A stretch of 64,000 nt of DNA from an uncultured Gemmatimonadales bacterium (GCA_963828735.1 CAWHFW010000005.1:2144001-2208000), one strand, 5' to 3'. Positions 1 through 10,738 are shown, counted from the stretch's first letter. The notes: generated from the letters alone by a model not told the origin. Program-made: numbers and translations.

Positions 1-311
1 CCGTTCGTGGCGCGCCCCCGGGTCTGCTCGAATCGGCGCGCCCCGGCCTCCAGGGTCTCGGTCGCCAGCTGCCGCTCCTGCCCCCAGCTTCCCCAGAGAT
101 AGCGCAGGGTGTAGTCGCCACCGGGAAGGTCCCAGCCGATGCTGGGCAGCAGGGCGACCGCCAAGGGGCGGTCGCCTTGATTGGTGAGCCGGATCTCGCG
201 CGAGAACACCCCAGTTTCTCCCCACGCGGCATAGCGCACGTCCACCTGGAGCGGAAGGCTCACGTGGACGAAATGGAGCCGGAGCTCTTCCACGCCGTGG
301 GACGCCGGCAT
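1..311 (-). CDS. Alpha-galactosidase (GH36) N-terminal region; runs off the window start, possibly 5'-truncated
   Basis: Manual translation from ATG 311: MPASHGVEELRLHF...GVFSREIRLTNQGD...YTLRYLWGSWGQERQLATETLEAGARRFEQTRGRATNG, resembling the GH36 N-terminal 'G.W..E.Q' segment. Confidence 0.6.
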   Translation of the reverse strand, partial: MPASHGVEELRLHFVHVSLPLQVDVRYAAWGETGVFSREIRLTNQGDRPLAVALLPSIGWDLPGGDYTLRYLWGSWGQERQLATETLEAGARRFEQTRGRATN

Positions 312-692
312 TGAGGAGTCCGATAGAAGCCGGAGGGATGCCGGCTCGAGCGACTGATCGGCCACGACGCCGGTCAGGTCACGGCGTGACGGCTCCGCCG
401 TGTCGGGCGTTGCGCCCATGCGCGATGTCGGGCCGAAGTAGTCGAACGCGACCTGTTGGTCCCGGCGAAGCAGCCGGTAGGAGACCCGGCCGGAGGTCAG
501 GGTCCAGCTCCGGGCCGTCGAGTCGTAGGCGATGCGCTGCGCGGCAGCTGGCGTCGAGCAGACCGTCGCAAGGAGCAGCCCCGCAAGAAGGCGCCGGTGA
601 TGAGGCATGCGCCTAAGAAGCTGCCTCCCATACCATCGGGCAATACACCGACGGGTCGCCCGTAAGATCGCCGCGACGGCCGGCGCCTTGGT

Positions 693-929
693 TCAGCACG
701 CTGCCCGAGCGTTCCCTGACGCTCGGGCGAACTCGAAGTAGGCCGCTGGCAGGTTGCGCCTTCGACCCTCGACGTTGATCCACACGAATCCCGACTGCGC
801 TCGATCCGAAAGCGCAAGCGGGTTATGGGACAGGACGACATGCCAGGTCTTCGACGGAATGCTCGGGTGGTTGGCCGCCAGCTCAGGGCGTAGCCGAGCC
901 AGTGTGCAGTGATGGTGATGGACACGCAT
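693..929 (-). CDS. Small hypothetical protein (78 aa) with N-terminal HHHHC
   Basis: MRVHHHHCTLARLRPELAANHPSIPSKTWHVV...GFVWINVEGRRRNLPAAYFEF; protein-like composition, unlike the surrounding shadow ORFs. Confidence 0.4.
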   Translation of the reverse strand: MRVHHHHCTLARLRPELAANHPSIPSKTWHVVLSHNPLALSDRAQSGFVWINVEGRRRNLPAAYFEFARASGNARAAC

Positions 930-1326
930 TGTGACCACTCGGGAGGGCGGAGTTGGGTGTGGCAGGCCACGCGCGCGGCCCGCGCGATGACCGGGAAGTG
1001 TTGCCGGCAGACCGAGCCAAGGGAGCACCGGTCGCATGTCTCAAAGTGGGGGCGAGTACAGGATCGCAGCGTGAGCAGCCTCACGCCGAAAGAGTGCCGG
1101 CGTCGACGTTGGCCGCTGCTGTACCGGGCACTCGAGGATGGGAGCCAGGAGGGAGCCACGCACCGGGCGCGAGCTAAGTGTTTGATTTACGCGGACGGCG
1201 CTCGTCGGCGCCGGCTGGGTCTTCGGTCCCGTCAGGCTCTGTGTTCCTCGACCTTCGGCCCGAGGGCGGTTGCCCCGTGGCCGATTGGGCATTAACAATG
1301 CTTCCGTATCAGGTCGGATCAGGACG

Positions 1327-2682
1327 ATGACGACGAACGGGTCTTCCGAATCCGCCGACCCCCTGGTCGGCCAAATACTTCCGGGCGGACTACGGGTCCT
1401 GGCACGAGAGGGCAGCACCAGCGATGGGCCCCTCTACCGTGCTCAATACCTGCAGAACGGGCCGCCCGTGGCGCTGATGGTGCTCCGGCTTCCCGCAGGC
1501 CCCGGCACGCTACCCGTCGGCGTGCTCTCCGCGCGCCCCCCACTGGCAGACCGACGCTGGCAGCAACTTCAACGGGCGTGTCAGATCAGACATCCCAACG
1601 TCGCCGGCCTGCTCGAGGTGAAGGAGGCCCCCGGCGGAGTCGTCTATGCCACGGGCGAGCTCTTGAGCGGCGACCTGCTGGCCGACGTGCTCTCGACGCA
1701 CGGCTCGTTGCCACAACACCAGGCGGTGGATGTCTGTCTCCAGGCAGCTGCCGGCATCGAGGCCGCCCATCGGGTGGGAGTGGCGCACGGGAGCATCTCC
1801 CCGCATACGATCCTGGTCACGGCCGATGCCAGCGACCGACCGTTCGTCAAACTCGTCCGCTTCGATTTCTCATGCTACGAGCGCGACGGGGGGCGGGCTT
1901 CGCTTCGGCCAGGCGACCGGCCGTACGCGAGCCCGGAACGGCTGGCGGGGGGAGAGCCCGACCCGCTCGATGATGTGTTCAGTCTCGGCGCCATCCTCCA
2001 TCTCCTGACGATCGGGTCCCCGCCGGGTGACGACGCGCCGCGGCGCGCCATTCCCCGGGGCCTGCGCCGAGTCATCGATCGTGCCCTCGCGCCACGGGAA
2101 AGCCGGTACCCAACGGTCGCGGAGTTTTCCGAGGCCCTCTCGCGAGCGCCGCTCTCCACGGCGGACGAACGGCGCGGGAGCTTTGGACGTCAGACCTGGG
2201 TGGCCGTGAGCGCCATCGTCGTGGTGGCCGGGCTCTGGTTCGGACGGGATCGCATCAGCGAGCTTTCGGCTGGGGAACCTGAGGAAGTGGCGGTGCGTCC
2301 CGCGGCCTCGGCGGCTGATCCGCCAGGCAGTGGGGCCCGGCATGCCGAGACGACCGCGCCGGCGACCGTCCGCAGAGTCGAGCCGCGCCCGATCCCCGCG
2401 GCTGCCGCTGTCCGGATCAGTGGTCCTCCGTCGAACGGGCAGAAGGCCGATTCCACGCACCGCTCGGGCTCCTTGGTCCTGGCTCCTCGAGATGTCGCCA
2501 CCGGCGCGGCGCTCAGTCCGTTCCGACGATCTCACCCTTGGGCGGCGCACCCGGATGGACGAGTCTACTTCCGGAGCAGCTGCACTCTGGCGCTCGGGTC
2601 GTCCGATCTCCTCTACTTCAAGAGCGACGCCGAGGCCCGGGCGACCGGCCGCTCACGATCGACCACACCCGGCTGCTTCTGA
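1327..2682 (+). CDS. Membrane Ser/Thr pseudokinase with C-terminal Ada-like small domain
   Basis: Kinase-fold landmarks (IRHPNVA, YASPE, DDVFSLG) with degenerate catalytic motifs; TM helix WVAVSAIVVVAGLWF; C-terminus VYFRSSC...YFKSDAEARATG...C. Start placed at ATG 1327. Confidence 0.8.
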   Translation: MTTNGSSESADPLVGQILPGGLRVLAREGSTSDGPLYRAQYLQNGPPVALMVLRLPAGPGTLPVGVLSARPPLADRRWQQLQRACQIRHPNVAGLLEVKEAPGGVVYATGELLSGDLLADVLSTHGSLPQHQAVDVCLQAAAGIEAAHRVGVAHGSISPHTILVTADASDRPFVKLVRFDFSCYERDGGRASLRPGDRPYASPERLAGGEPDPLDDVFSLGAILHLLTIGSPPGDDAPRRAIPRGLRRVIDRALAPRESRYPTVAEFSEALSRAPLSTADERRGSFGRQTWVAVSAIVVVAGLWFGRDRISELSAGEPEEVAVRPAASAADPPGSGARHAETTAPATVRRVEPRPIPAAAAVRISGPPSNGQKADSTHRSGSLVLAPRDVATGAALSPFRRSHPWAAHPDGRVYFRSSCTLALGSSDLLYFKSDAEARATGRSRSTTPGCF

Positions 2683-2958
2683 GCCGCCGGGCGGCGACTC
2701 GATCTCTTGCGGCCCCACTCGACGGCAGGCTCGGCCCACTGCATCTTGGGAGAGCCCTCATAACTCTCTGCACGTCATCATGGCGGGCTCGATTCTCGGC
2801 GCGCGCAACGTTCGCGGCTGCATGGCTTTAGAAGTGCTGAGAAGTAGGCGACCTGCCAGGGATCCCGCCCGCATCAACGGTGGCGGGGAGGGCATCCTCC
2901 GGTCGCTTGTTTCCCAGATTCGGTGTGACGCAGTCTCGCCCAGCGCGGAGCTGATCGA

Positions 2959-5157
2959 ATGGCTGGAATGATGGAGGCAATGCGGGAAGCACTGGCGAAT
3001 GGCGAGCTCGAAAGCCACGCTGACACCCAGTCTGATAATCAGCCGGGGTTCTCTCTCCGCACGGTATTCCAGATTCTGGCCAGTGGTGCGTGTTACTATC
3101 TGGCGACGCGAATCGCCTGGGTGCTGTGTTTTCCGGACAGCAAGGTATCCCTTTTCTTTTTTCCGCACGCGGTCCTGGTTGCCATTCTGCTGCTCGTCCC
3201 CACCCGGCACTGGTGGGCCTACACGCTGGCCGCCGCTGGCAGTCACTACGTCGCCACGCAGCAGGCGCATTGGCCGCCTCTCTATGCACTGCAGTGCGAG
3301 GCTTTCGATGCCGTGAAGGTTGTCTTGACGGCCGCCGGGATTCGCATGTTCATCAAGTCACGGTTCCATCTCATCAGCCTTCGTGAAGCCATCATCTTTG
3401 TCCTGATCGCGGTGATCATCGTTCCTGTTGTGACGGCCTTCTGGGGGGCCGCCTTCACCGTCTCCAATCACTTTGGAACTCACTACTGGGTCGAATGGCG
3501 CAACCTCAGCATCTCGAATGGAGTCACAGCGCTCGTCCTGGTGCCGGTCATCCTGATTGGTGTCCACCAGCAATTCACAAGTGGGTTCAAGGCCGCACCC
3601 AGGCGCATGCTGGAAGCATGCTTCCTTGCCGCGGGGATTCTCGCGGTCGGATGGGTCGCCTTCAATCGGTCGTATGCGGGGCCGGACACTTCGCCCGCGC
3701 TCCTCTACGCACCCGTTCCCCTGCTCATCTGGGCGGCCCTCCGCTTCGGTCCTGGAGGCATCAGCACCTCCATGCTGGTCATCACGATCCTGGCGATCTC
3801 CGGAACGATGCGTGGACGCGGCCCGTTCCTGATGCAAGCCCCCGTGGAAAACGCGCTGGACCTGCAGTTGTTCCTCCTCGTGGCGGCTACTCCACTGTTG
3901 TTGCTCGCGGTCGCCATCGCTGACGAAAGGCGGTCGAAGGATGCGTTGCGCGTCAGCGAGGAGCGCATGAGCCTGGCGGTGGAGAGCGCGCAGATGGCGC
4001 TGTGGGATTGGGACGTGTCGAACGACAGGCTCTGGATGACAGATGAAGGACGGAAGTTTTTCGGCTTCGAGCTGGACGAACCCCTTTACTACGCATCCCT
4101 GGCCAGACGTGTCCATCCCGACGATCGTGCCGTGCGCGCGACGGCGATCCAGGATGCGCTGGCGAATGGCGGTTCTTATGAAGTAGAGTATCGCATTGTC
4201 CTGCCCGATGGCTCGATGCGATGGATCGCCGCGCGCGGCCACAGCCTGAGCCACGCCGTAAGTGACGCGCCTCCGCGAATCATCGGCGTCTCGATGGACA
4301 TCACGCGGCAAAAGCAGGCCGGTGCGGAGGCGCAGCAGCAGCGGGAGGAGCTGGCGCATCTTTCCCGGGTGGCTTCCCTGAGCGCGCTCTCGGGTTCCCT
4401 GGGGCACGAATTGAACCAGCCACTCACCAGCATCCTCACCAATGCGCTGGCCGGCCAGCTCTTCATGTCGCAGGACCCGCCCGACCTCGTCACGCTTCGC
4501 GCCATCCTTGCGGACATCGTCAGAGAGGATCGCCGCGCCGGAGAGATCATCGAGAGCCTGCGCAGGATGCTGCGCCGCGGCGAGGTCGCGCTGGGGCCGG
4601 TGAGTGTGAATGAGAGTCTCGAAGAACTGCTCGGACTCATGCATGGCGATCTCATCGCGCGCGGTGTCTCCGTCTCGAATCTCGCCACCGCCGACCTTCC
4701 CCCGGCCATGACCGATCGCGTGCAACTCCAGCAGGTCCTCCTCAACCTGATCGTGAATGCGTGCGATGCCATGGAATCGAATCCACCGGGTGACCGCAAC
4801 CTCACGCTCACGACTCTCATTGCGCCGAACGAGGTACACATTGGCGTGCTGGACTGCGGAGTCGGCTTGCCGGAGGATGTTGAGACCTTGTTCCAGCCAT
4901 TCCACAGCACCAAGGTTGGCGGCTTGGGCATGGGGCTTTCGATCTGCCGCACACTGGTGACCTCGCACGGCGGAAGGCTGTGGGCGGAGCGCAGGGCCGA
5001 GCGCGGCGCCGCGTTCTACGTCGCGCTGCCTTTGGCCCCGGAGGAGGTATCATCGACGCCAACCGCCTCGGCCCGCGCCATTCTTCCCGTACCACCCCGT
5101 CCGCCTGTGAGCCGCCCGGCTACGATCCCTTCCGCGCCTGCGACGTCGTCGCGGTGA
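2959..5157 (+). CDS. MASE1-PAS sensor histidine kinase
   Basis: Multi-TM MASE1-like N-terminus, PAS (WDWD...VHPDD...EYRI), H-box HELNQPL, N-box QVLLNLIVNA, G2-box GLGMGLSIC. Confidence 0.9.
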   Translation: MAGMMEAMREALANGELESHADTQSDNQPGFSLRTVFQILASGACYYLATRIAWVLCFPDSKVSLFFFPHAVLVAILLLVPTRHWWAYTLAAAGSHYVATQQAHWPPLYALQCEAFDAVKVVLTAAGIRMFIKSRFHLISLREAIIFVLIAVIIVPVVTAFWGAAFTVSNHFGTHYWVEWRNLSISNGVTALVLVPVILIGVHQQFTSGFKAAPRRMLEACFLAAGILAVGWVAFNRSYAGPDTSPALLYAPVPLLIWAALRFGPGGISTSMLVITILAISGTMRGRGPFLMQAPVENALDLQLFLLVAATPLLLLAVAIADERRSKDALRVSEERMSLAVESAQMALWDWDVSNDRLWMTDEGRKFFGFELDEPLYYASLARRVHPDDRAVRATAIQDALANGGSYEVEYRIVLPDGSMRWIAARGHSLSHAVSDAPPRIIGVSMDITRQKQAGAEAQQQREELAHLSRVASLSALSGSLGHELNQPLTSILTNALAGQLFMSQDPPDLVTLRAILADIVREDRRAGEIIESLRRMLRRGEVALGPVSVNESLEELLGLMHGDLIARGVSVSNLATADLPPAMTDRVQLQQVLLNLIVNACDAMESNPPGDRNLTLTTLIAPNEVHIGVLDCGVGLPEDVETLFQPFHSTKVGGLGMGLSICRTLVTSHGGRLWAERRAERGAAFYVALPLAPEEVSSTPTASARAILPVPPRPPVSRPATIPSAPATSSR

Positions 5158-5695
5158 CGTCCGCTCCGACCGAGCCGGCCGTCTGCGTGGCCAGGGCCTG
5201 ATGCTGCTGCACCGCCGGCAGCATGCTCGAGGCGAGCTGCTTGAGCGACTGCACCCGCCCGTCCTTGGCCTCGTCCGCGAACAACCCCGCCATCTCGTCG
5301 TGCTGGCTCACCATCTCCGCCATGTAGTTCTTGTCGAAGGCGGACCGGCCCATGCTGTTGAAGCGATCGAAGATCTGCTGGTGCGGCCGCAGCATGACGG
5401 GCTTGGGATACGCCGCCTGCGTGGCGCCGGCCGCCAGCTCCTCGTTCGCCTTCGTGTAGTCGGCCACCATCCGCTTGCCGAAATCCCGAACGACCTCGCT
5501 GGACCCCTTCTCCTGCGCCAGCTTTCCGAGCTTCACCTGGAGGAGGCCCAGGCTCCCGGTCGTCAGGATGAAGTTGCTGTCCGACGCCAGGGCCGCGCGC
5601 TGCGGGGCGGTCTGCGCGGCGGCCGGCGAGAGGGGCGCCATGCTGGTGAGTGACAAGCAGGTAACCACTGCGGGAGCCAGAAGTTTGCTGATCAT
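5120..5695 (-). CDS. DUF4142 family secreted protein
   Basis: Signal peptide; VKLGKLAQEKGSSEVVRDFGKRMV...FDKNYMAEMVSQH pattern. Confidence 0.85.
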   Translation of the reverse strand: MISKLLAPAVVTCLSLTSMAPLSPAAAQTAPQRAALASDSNFILTTGSLGLLQVKLGKLAQEKGSSEVVRDFGKRMVADYTKANEELAAGATQAAYPKPVMLRPHQQIFDRFNSMGRSAFDKNYMAEMVSQHDEMAGLFADEAKDGRVQSLKQLASSMLPAVQQHQALATQTAGSVGADVTATTSQARKGS

Positions 5696-5959
5696 GCGCT
5701 GATCCTTTCAGGTCAGGTTGTGCCGTGGGCGAGCTTGCCCCCGTTCCAGGATCAGACGGCCGTATTCCGCGAAGGGTTTCGTCGGCCGGCGAGGTGTCGT
5801 CGGTGACGGTCCTCGCCGGCCGCCCTCACGCCGGTAATGGCACAGGGAATCTGCTGCTGGTGCCGTGGCGGGGACTCCGTTGCGGCGTCTCTCTCGCGGG
5901 CGGTAGCTTTGCCTGGGGCCGAGACACGCTCGCGCCCGTTCCCGTTTCCACAGGCACCT

Positions 5960-8258
5960 GTGACAGGTCGAGGATCGGCAAGCGAAAGCACTGCGGTCGG
6001 TACCGGGACCCTTCTGGGCCGGTATCGGCTCGTCGAGCGCATCGGCGAGGGAGGGATGGGCGTCGTGTGGAAGGCACACGACGCCCACCTGGACCGGGTC
6101 GTCGCCATCAAGATGCTCCTGCGCGGCGCACTCGACCACGCGACGACGCGCGAGCGCTTTCGCCTCGAGGCGCGGGCGCTGTCCCGGCTCTCCCACCCCG
6201 GTGTCGCCACCGTGTTCGACTTCAATGCCCAGGACGGCGACGACTTCCTGGTCATGGAGTACGTCCCCGGGGGCACCCTCGAGTCGCGGCTCGCGGCGGG
6301 CCCGATGCCGCTGGACGCCGTGTTCCAGCTCGGCCCGGCGATCGCCGATGCGCTCGAGAACGCCCATCGTCACGGCGTGCTTCATCGGGACCTGAAGCCG
6401 GGCAACGTCATGCTGACCGCCGACGGGCAGCCGAAGATCCTCGATTTCGGCCTGGCCGTGCTCCTCTCCGGCGGAAAGGCCACCGGCCGGATGACCGAGT
6501 CGGGCACTGTGGTCGGCTCGATCCCGTACATGGCGCCGGAACAGCTATTCGGCCAGGCCGACGACATCCGCACCGACGTCTACGCACTGGGGGTCGTGCT
6601 GTTCGAGATGGTCACCGGCCAGCGGCCCTTCGTCAAGCCGCGCCCCGAGTCGCTGATGTTCGCGATCATCAACAACGCCGCGCCGGCCGCACGCTCGATC
6701 AGGCCCGACGTCCCCGTCGAGCTCGATCGGCTGCTGGGCGATTGCATGCGAAAGGACCCGGCCCACCGCCCCTCCTCGGCGGCGACCATCGGCGACGCCC
6801 TGCGGCGGATCCGTGACGGCAGGTCCGGCCCCACGCAGGGCCTCCCGGCGAGCGACGCGATCCGCGCCATCGCGGTGCTCCCGTTTCGGAACGTCTCCCA
6901 GGACCCGGCGCAGGAGTACTTCGCGGACGGCATGACCGAGGCCATCATCTCGGACCTGGCGCACATCCGGGCGCTCAGGGTGATCTCGCGCACCTCGGCG
7001 ATGAAGTACAAGGGCACCGAACTCTCGCTGCCCGAGATCGCCCGCGAGCTGAACGTCGACGCGGTGCTCGAGGGCTCGGCGCTCCTGGTGGGCAGCCGCG
7101 TGCGCCTGAGCGTGCAGCTCGTCTCGGCGCGGGACGACGAGACGCTCTGGGCGGGCCGCTACGACCGCGAGCTCGAGGACGTCCTCGGCCTGCAGAGCGA
7201 GCTCGCCGAGACCGTGGCGCGCGAGATCGCGATCAAGCTGACTCCGACAGAAGCCACCCAGCTCGCGCGGCGCGCCCTGGTGAACCCGGAGGCGCATCTC
7301 GAGTTCCTGCGGAGCCGGCATTCCTACTTCGCGGCCTCACCGCAGGCGGTCGAAGTCGGGACTGCGCCACGCGCGGCGCGCGCTGGAGCTCGACCCGACC
7401 CTCGCGCCTGCCTGGTCCGCGCTCGCGGACTGCCATGCGTTCCGCGCCCTCCGGGGAATGGCGCCGCCGGCGGAGGCCTTCGCCGAGGGGACGGCCGCCG
7501 CGACCAGGGCGCTCGATCTGGATCCGTCGCTCGCCGATGCGCATGCGGCGCTCGGCGTCATCCGATCCCACTCCGGCGATCTGGCCGGCGGCCTGGCCAG
7601 CCTGCGGAAGGCGGTCGAGCTGAACCCGGGACTGGCCGTGGCGCACGACCGCCTCAGTCGGGTGCTCTACTCGTTCGGACGCCACGCCGAGGCGATCGCC
7701 GCGGTCACCAAGGCCGCGAGCCTCGATCCGCTGTCGATGTTCATCCGGACCGGCGTCGGTGACGCGTACTACTACGCGCGCGAGTACGAGAAGTCGGTCG
7801 TTCACTACCGGATGGCGCTCGAGCTCGACCCGCGATTCGACGGCGCCCATACCGACCTCGCGCGCTCGCTCGAGGCGCTCGGCCTGTTCGACGAGGCGCG
7901 AGCCGAGTACGAGGAGGGGCGGCGCCTGTCGGGCGGCGTCGCGGGCCCGTCGTTCGGGCTCGCGCACCTCGAGGCCGCCTCAGGGAACATCGACGAGGCG
8001 CGCCGCATCCTGGCCGAGCTGATCGACGCGCGCGCCCGGCGCGTGGTCTCCGCATGGGGCATCGCGGCGCTTCACGCGAGTCTCGGGGACGTGGACGACG
8101 CCTTCCGGTGGCTCGAGATCGCCATCGACGAGCGCGCCTCCGGGATCATCCTGCTCCGCGTGCACCCGCGGCTCGATCCGATCCGGAGCGACCCGCGGTA
8201 CGGCCCGCTCGTACGGCGGGTCGGGCTGGAGAGTGGGGCGGAAAGCGTCTCAGCGTGA
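5960..8258 (+). CDS. Ser/Thr kinase-TolB-like-TPR protein, one frameshift near 7358
   Basis: GEGGMG, VAIK, HRDLKPGN, DFG, then IAVLPF...YFADGMTE; the TPR part continues in the frame of ORF 7458-8258. Start at GTG 5960 is approximate. Confidence 0.85.
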
Positions 8259-8284
8259 GGCTGGCGGCAGGACCGAGGCGGCCA

Positions 8285-8800
8285 GGGCCATCGGGCCTGG
8301 TACTCGGCCACGCGAGAGGCGGTTTCCGCGGCCGTCTCGCCGACCGGATTCGCGCGGTCCCCGAACCACGGAGCCAGGCCGTTGTTCGAGCCGAGGATGT
8401 GAAGCGCGGCGAACTCCACATTCGCCGCCGCCCACCGCTGGTTCTCCGGGAATCCCTTCTGGGCCTTGATCCGCGTCGGGACGCCGAGGGTGTACCCGGG
8501 ATTCGGGAAGAACAGCTCGCGGACCTTGGCGAGCCGCTCGAGAGGATTGTACCCGCCATTGTTGGCGCGGTGGCAGTCGGTCCACTCGTTGTCGCCGGGG
8601 GTGTAGACGAGCGGATCGGTGAAGGTCGCGAACTGATCGGCGATGTCCTGGAAATACTCGTCGGTGCACAGCGCGGCGCCCGCCTTGATGTCGCCGATGT
8701 GGATCACCCGGCTGACATCCACGTCCTCGTTGATCGCGGCGATCAGGGTCGGAAGCGACGGCCCCCCGTTGAGCTTGGAGTCGGTATAGGGATCGAGGTG
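8285..8800 (-). pseudogene. Metallophosphoesterase internal fragment
   Basis: VIHIGDIK and YTPGDNEWTDCHR motifs; no start or signal region and no C-terminal half. Confidence 0.7.
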
Positions 8801-8844
8801 GGTCAGTCAGGCAGTCAGCACACAGCCGGACAAGAGGAGGCACC

Positions 8845-9561
8845 ATGTTCGAAGGAACGGCGGGAGAGATTCGAAACGTCGTGCTGGTGCACGGCGGGTT
8901 CGTGGACGGCTCGGGCTGGGAGGGCGTCCATCGGTCGCTGCGGCGGCAGGGCTTCAACGTCAGCGTGGTCCAGAACCCCACCACGTCGCTGGCCGACGAC
9001 GTCCGCGCCACGCGGTGGGTGCTGGAAGGGCTGGACGGGCCGGCGATCCTGGTGGGCCACTCGTACGGCGGCGCGGTCATCTCCGAGGCAGGCAACGCGC
9101 CCAACGTGGCCGGGCTCGTTTATATCGCCGCGTTCGCGCCGGATGCGGGTGAGTCGGTGGCCACGCTTATCAAGGACCCGGCGCCGGGGGCGCCCGTCCC
9201 GCCCATTCTGCCGCCCCGCGACGGGTTCCTGCTGCTGGATCGCTCCAAGTTCGCGGCCTCGTTCGCCGCGGACGTCGAGCCGGACCTGGCGGCGTTCATG
9301 GCAGACGCCCAGGTGCCGTGGGGCATGGCCGCGCTCGAGGGCGCGGTCAGTCAGCCGGCCTGGAAGACCCGGCCGAGCTGGTATCTGGTGACCACCGAGG
9401 ATCGCATGATCCCGCCTGCCGCCCAGCGCGCGATGGCAGGGCGCGCCGACGCCACCGTCGCCGAAGTGGCTGCAAGCCACTCGGTGTACGTCTCGCAGCC
9501 CGAGGCGGTGGTCCGTGTCATCGTCACGGCTGCCGGCGCGGCCCACCCTGCGGTTGCGTGA
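8845..9561 (+). CDS. Alpha/beta hydrolase
   Basis: VLVHGG, GHSYGG nucleophile elbow, D and ASH triad residues; GGAGG RBS. Confidence 0.92.
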   Translation: MFEGTAGEIRNVVLVHGGFVDGSGWEGVHRSLRRQGFNVSVVQNPTTSLADDVRATRWVLEGLDGPAILVGHSYGGAVISEAGNAPNVAGLVYIAAFAPDAGESVATLIKDPAPGAPVPPILPPRDGFLLLDRSKFAASFAADVEPDLAAFMADAQVPWGMAALEGAVSQPAWKTRPSWYLVTTEDRMIPPAAQRAMAGRADATVAEVAASHSVYVSQPEAVVRVIVTAAGAAHPAVA

Positions 9562-9567
9562 ACGTGA

Positions 9568-9604
9568 AACCGCCGCCGAGAGTCGCGATCTCTCGGCGGC
9601 GGTT
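9568..9604. repeat. GC-rich palindrome (15-bp stem), REP-like or terminator
   Basis: AACCGCCGCCGAGAG-tcgcgat-CTCTCGGCGGCGGTT directly after a stop codon. Confidence 0.85.
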
Positions 9605-9651
9605 CGCCTGCCCCTCACGCGATCTCTCGGCGGCGGTTCGCCTGCCCCTCA
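9584..9651. repeat. Exact 34-bp tandem duplication
   Basis: CGCGATCTCTCGGCGGCGGTTCGCCTGCCCCTCA at 9584-9617 and 9618-9651. Confidence 0.9.
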
Positions 9652-10087
9652 TAAGAGGCGCCTGCCCCCGTCATCTGCAGGTCTCACTTCGCCTCCCGCC
9701 ACCGGCGTCCCGGCATCGTCGCTCTTAGCGGCAAGCACTGCTCTACCGCGACACCTCGACCCCGGGGCTATACAGCGACGCGCTCCGCTGAGCCCGAGAG
9801 AGTCTCTCGGGCCTGAGCAATGTCTCCGGTACCTCGAGCAACCTCGCGTCCGCACCTCGCCCGGTAACGAATTCGTAACGGAACAGAGCGCGAGCATGTC
9901 AGGGGCCAAAACTTCCCCAGGGGGCGTCGGCCGCATTCGCGCAGGCCGTTATGGACGTCGATCGACACGGATCGGCGCGCCAGAGTTGTCGCGTATCCCG
10001 GTCCCAGCCGAATCCCACGCCGACGCAGAACCCCGAGGAACACGAGCCTGAGATGCATGCACACACGACACGACCCAGGAGGCAGCC

Positions 10088-10738
10088 ATGAGCACCACCG
10101 CCACGCGCCCTAAGGACGCCAGCGCCGACGCTCGCGTCGGGAAGGTCGACATGAAGCTCGAGGTCGTCGCGATCCCAGTCTCCGATGTGGACCGTGCGAA
10201 AGAGTTCTATGGGAGTCTCGGGTGGCGGCTCGATGCCGACTTCACCGCGGGCGGCGACCGCGCGGTCCAGTTCACCCCTCCAGGCTCCCAGTGCTCGGTG
10301 CACTTCGGCAAGAACATCACCGCCGCCCCGGTTGGAACCGCCCAGGGGTTGTTCCTGATCGTTACCGACATCCAGGAGGCGCGCGACGACCTCTTGCGGC
10401 GCGGCGTCAAGGTGAGCGAAGTGTTCCACTTTGCCGGTTTCAATCGCCTCGATCCCGCTGGACGCCTGAGCGGCCCCTCTCCGGACCGACCCAGCTATGG
10501 GTCGTTCCTGTCGTTCAGCGACCCGGACGGCAACGGCTGGCTGGTGCAGGAGATCAAGACGCGGCTACCCGGCCGGATCGACGCCACGGCGACAACCGAT
10601 CTGGCGAACGCGCTTCGGCGGGCGGAGGCAGCCCACGGCGAGCACGAGAAGCTCATCGGGCAGCGCGACGCGAACTGGCCCGAATGGTACGCCGCGTACA
10701 TGGTGGCGGAGCAGGCCGGCACCGAGCTGCCCACCTGA
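10088..10738 (+). CDS. VOC (glyoxalase/bleomycin-resistance) family protein
   Basis: LEVVAIPVSDVDRAKEFY...FSDPDGNGWLVQE; C-terminal AHGEHEK...NWPEWYA extension. Confidence 0.9.
   Translation: MSTTATRPKDASADARVGKVDMKLEVVAIPVSDVDRAKEFYGSLGWRLDADFTAGGDRAVQFTPPGSQCSVHFGKNITAAPVGTAQGLFLIVTDIQEARDDLLRRGVKVSEVFHFAGFNRLDPAGRLSGPSPDRPSYGSFLSFSDPDGNGWLVQEIKTRLPGRIDATATTDLANALRRAEAAHGEHEKLIGQRDANWPEWYAAYMVAEQAGTELPT

Noticed and set aside
9568..9670. CRISPR array
   Set aside because: Two adjacent repeats with no spacer, and no cas genes in the window.
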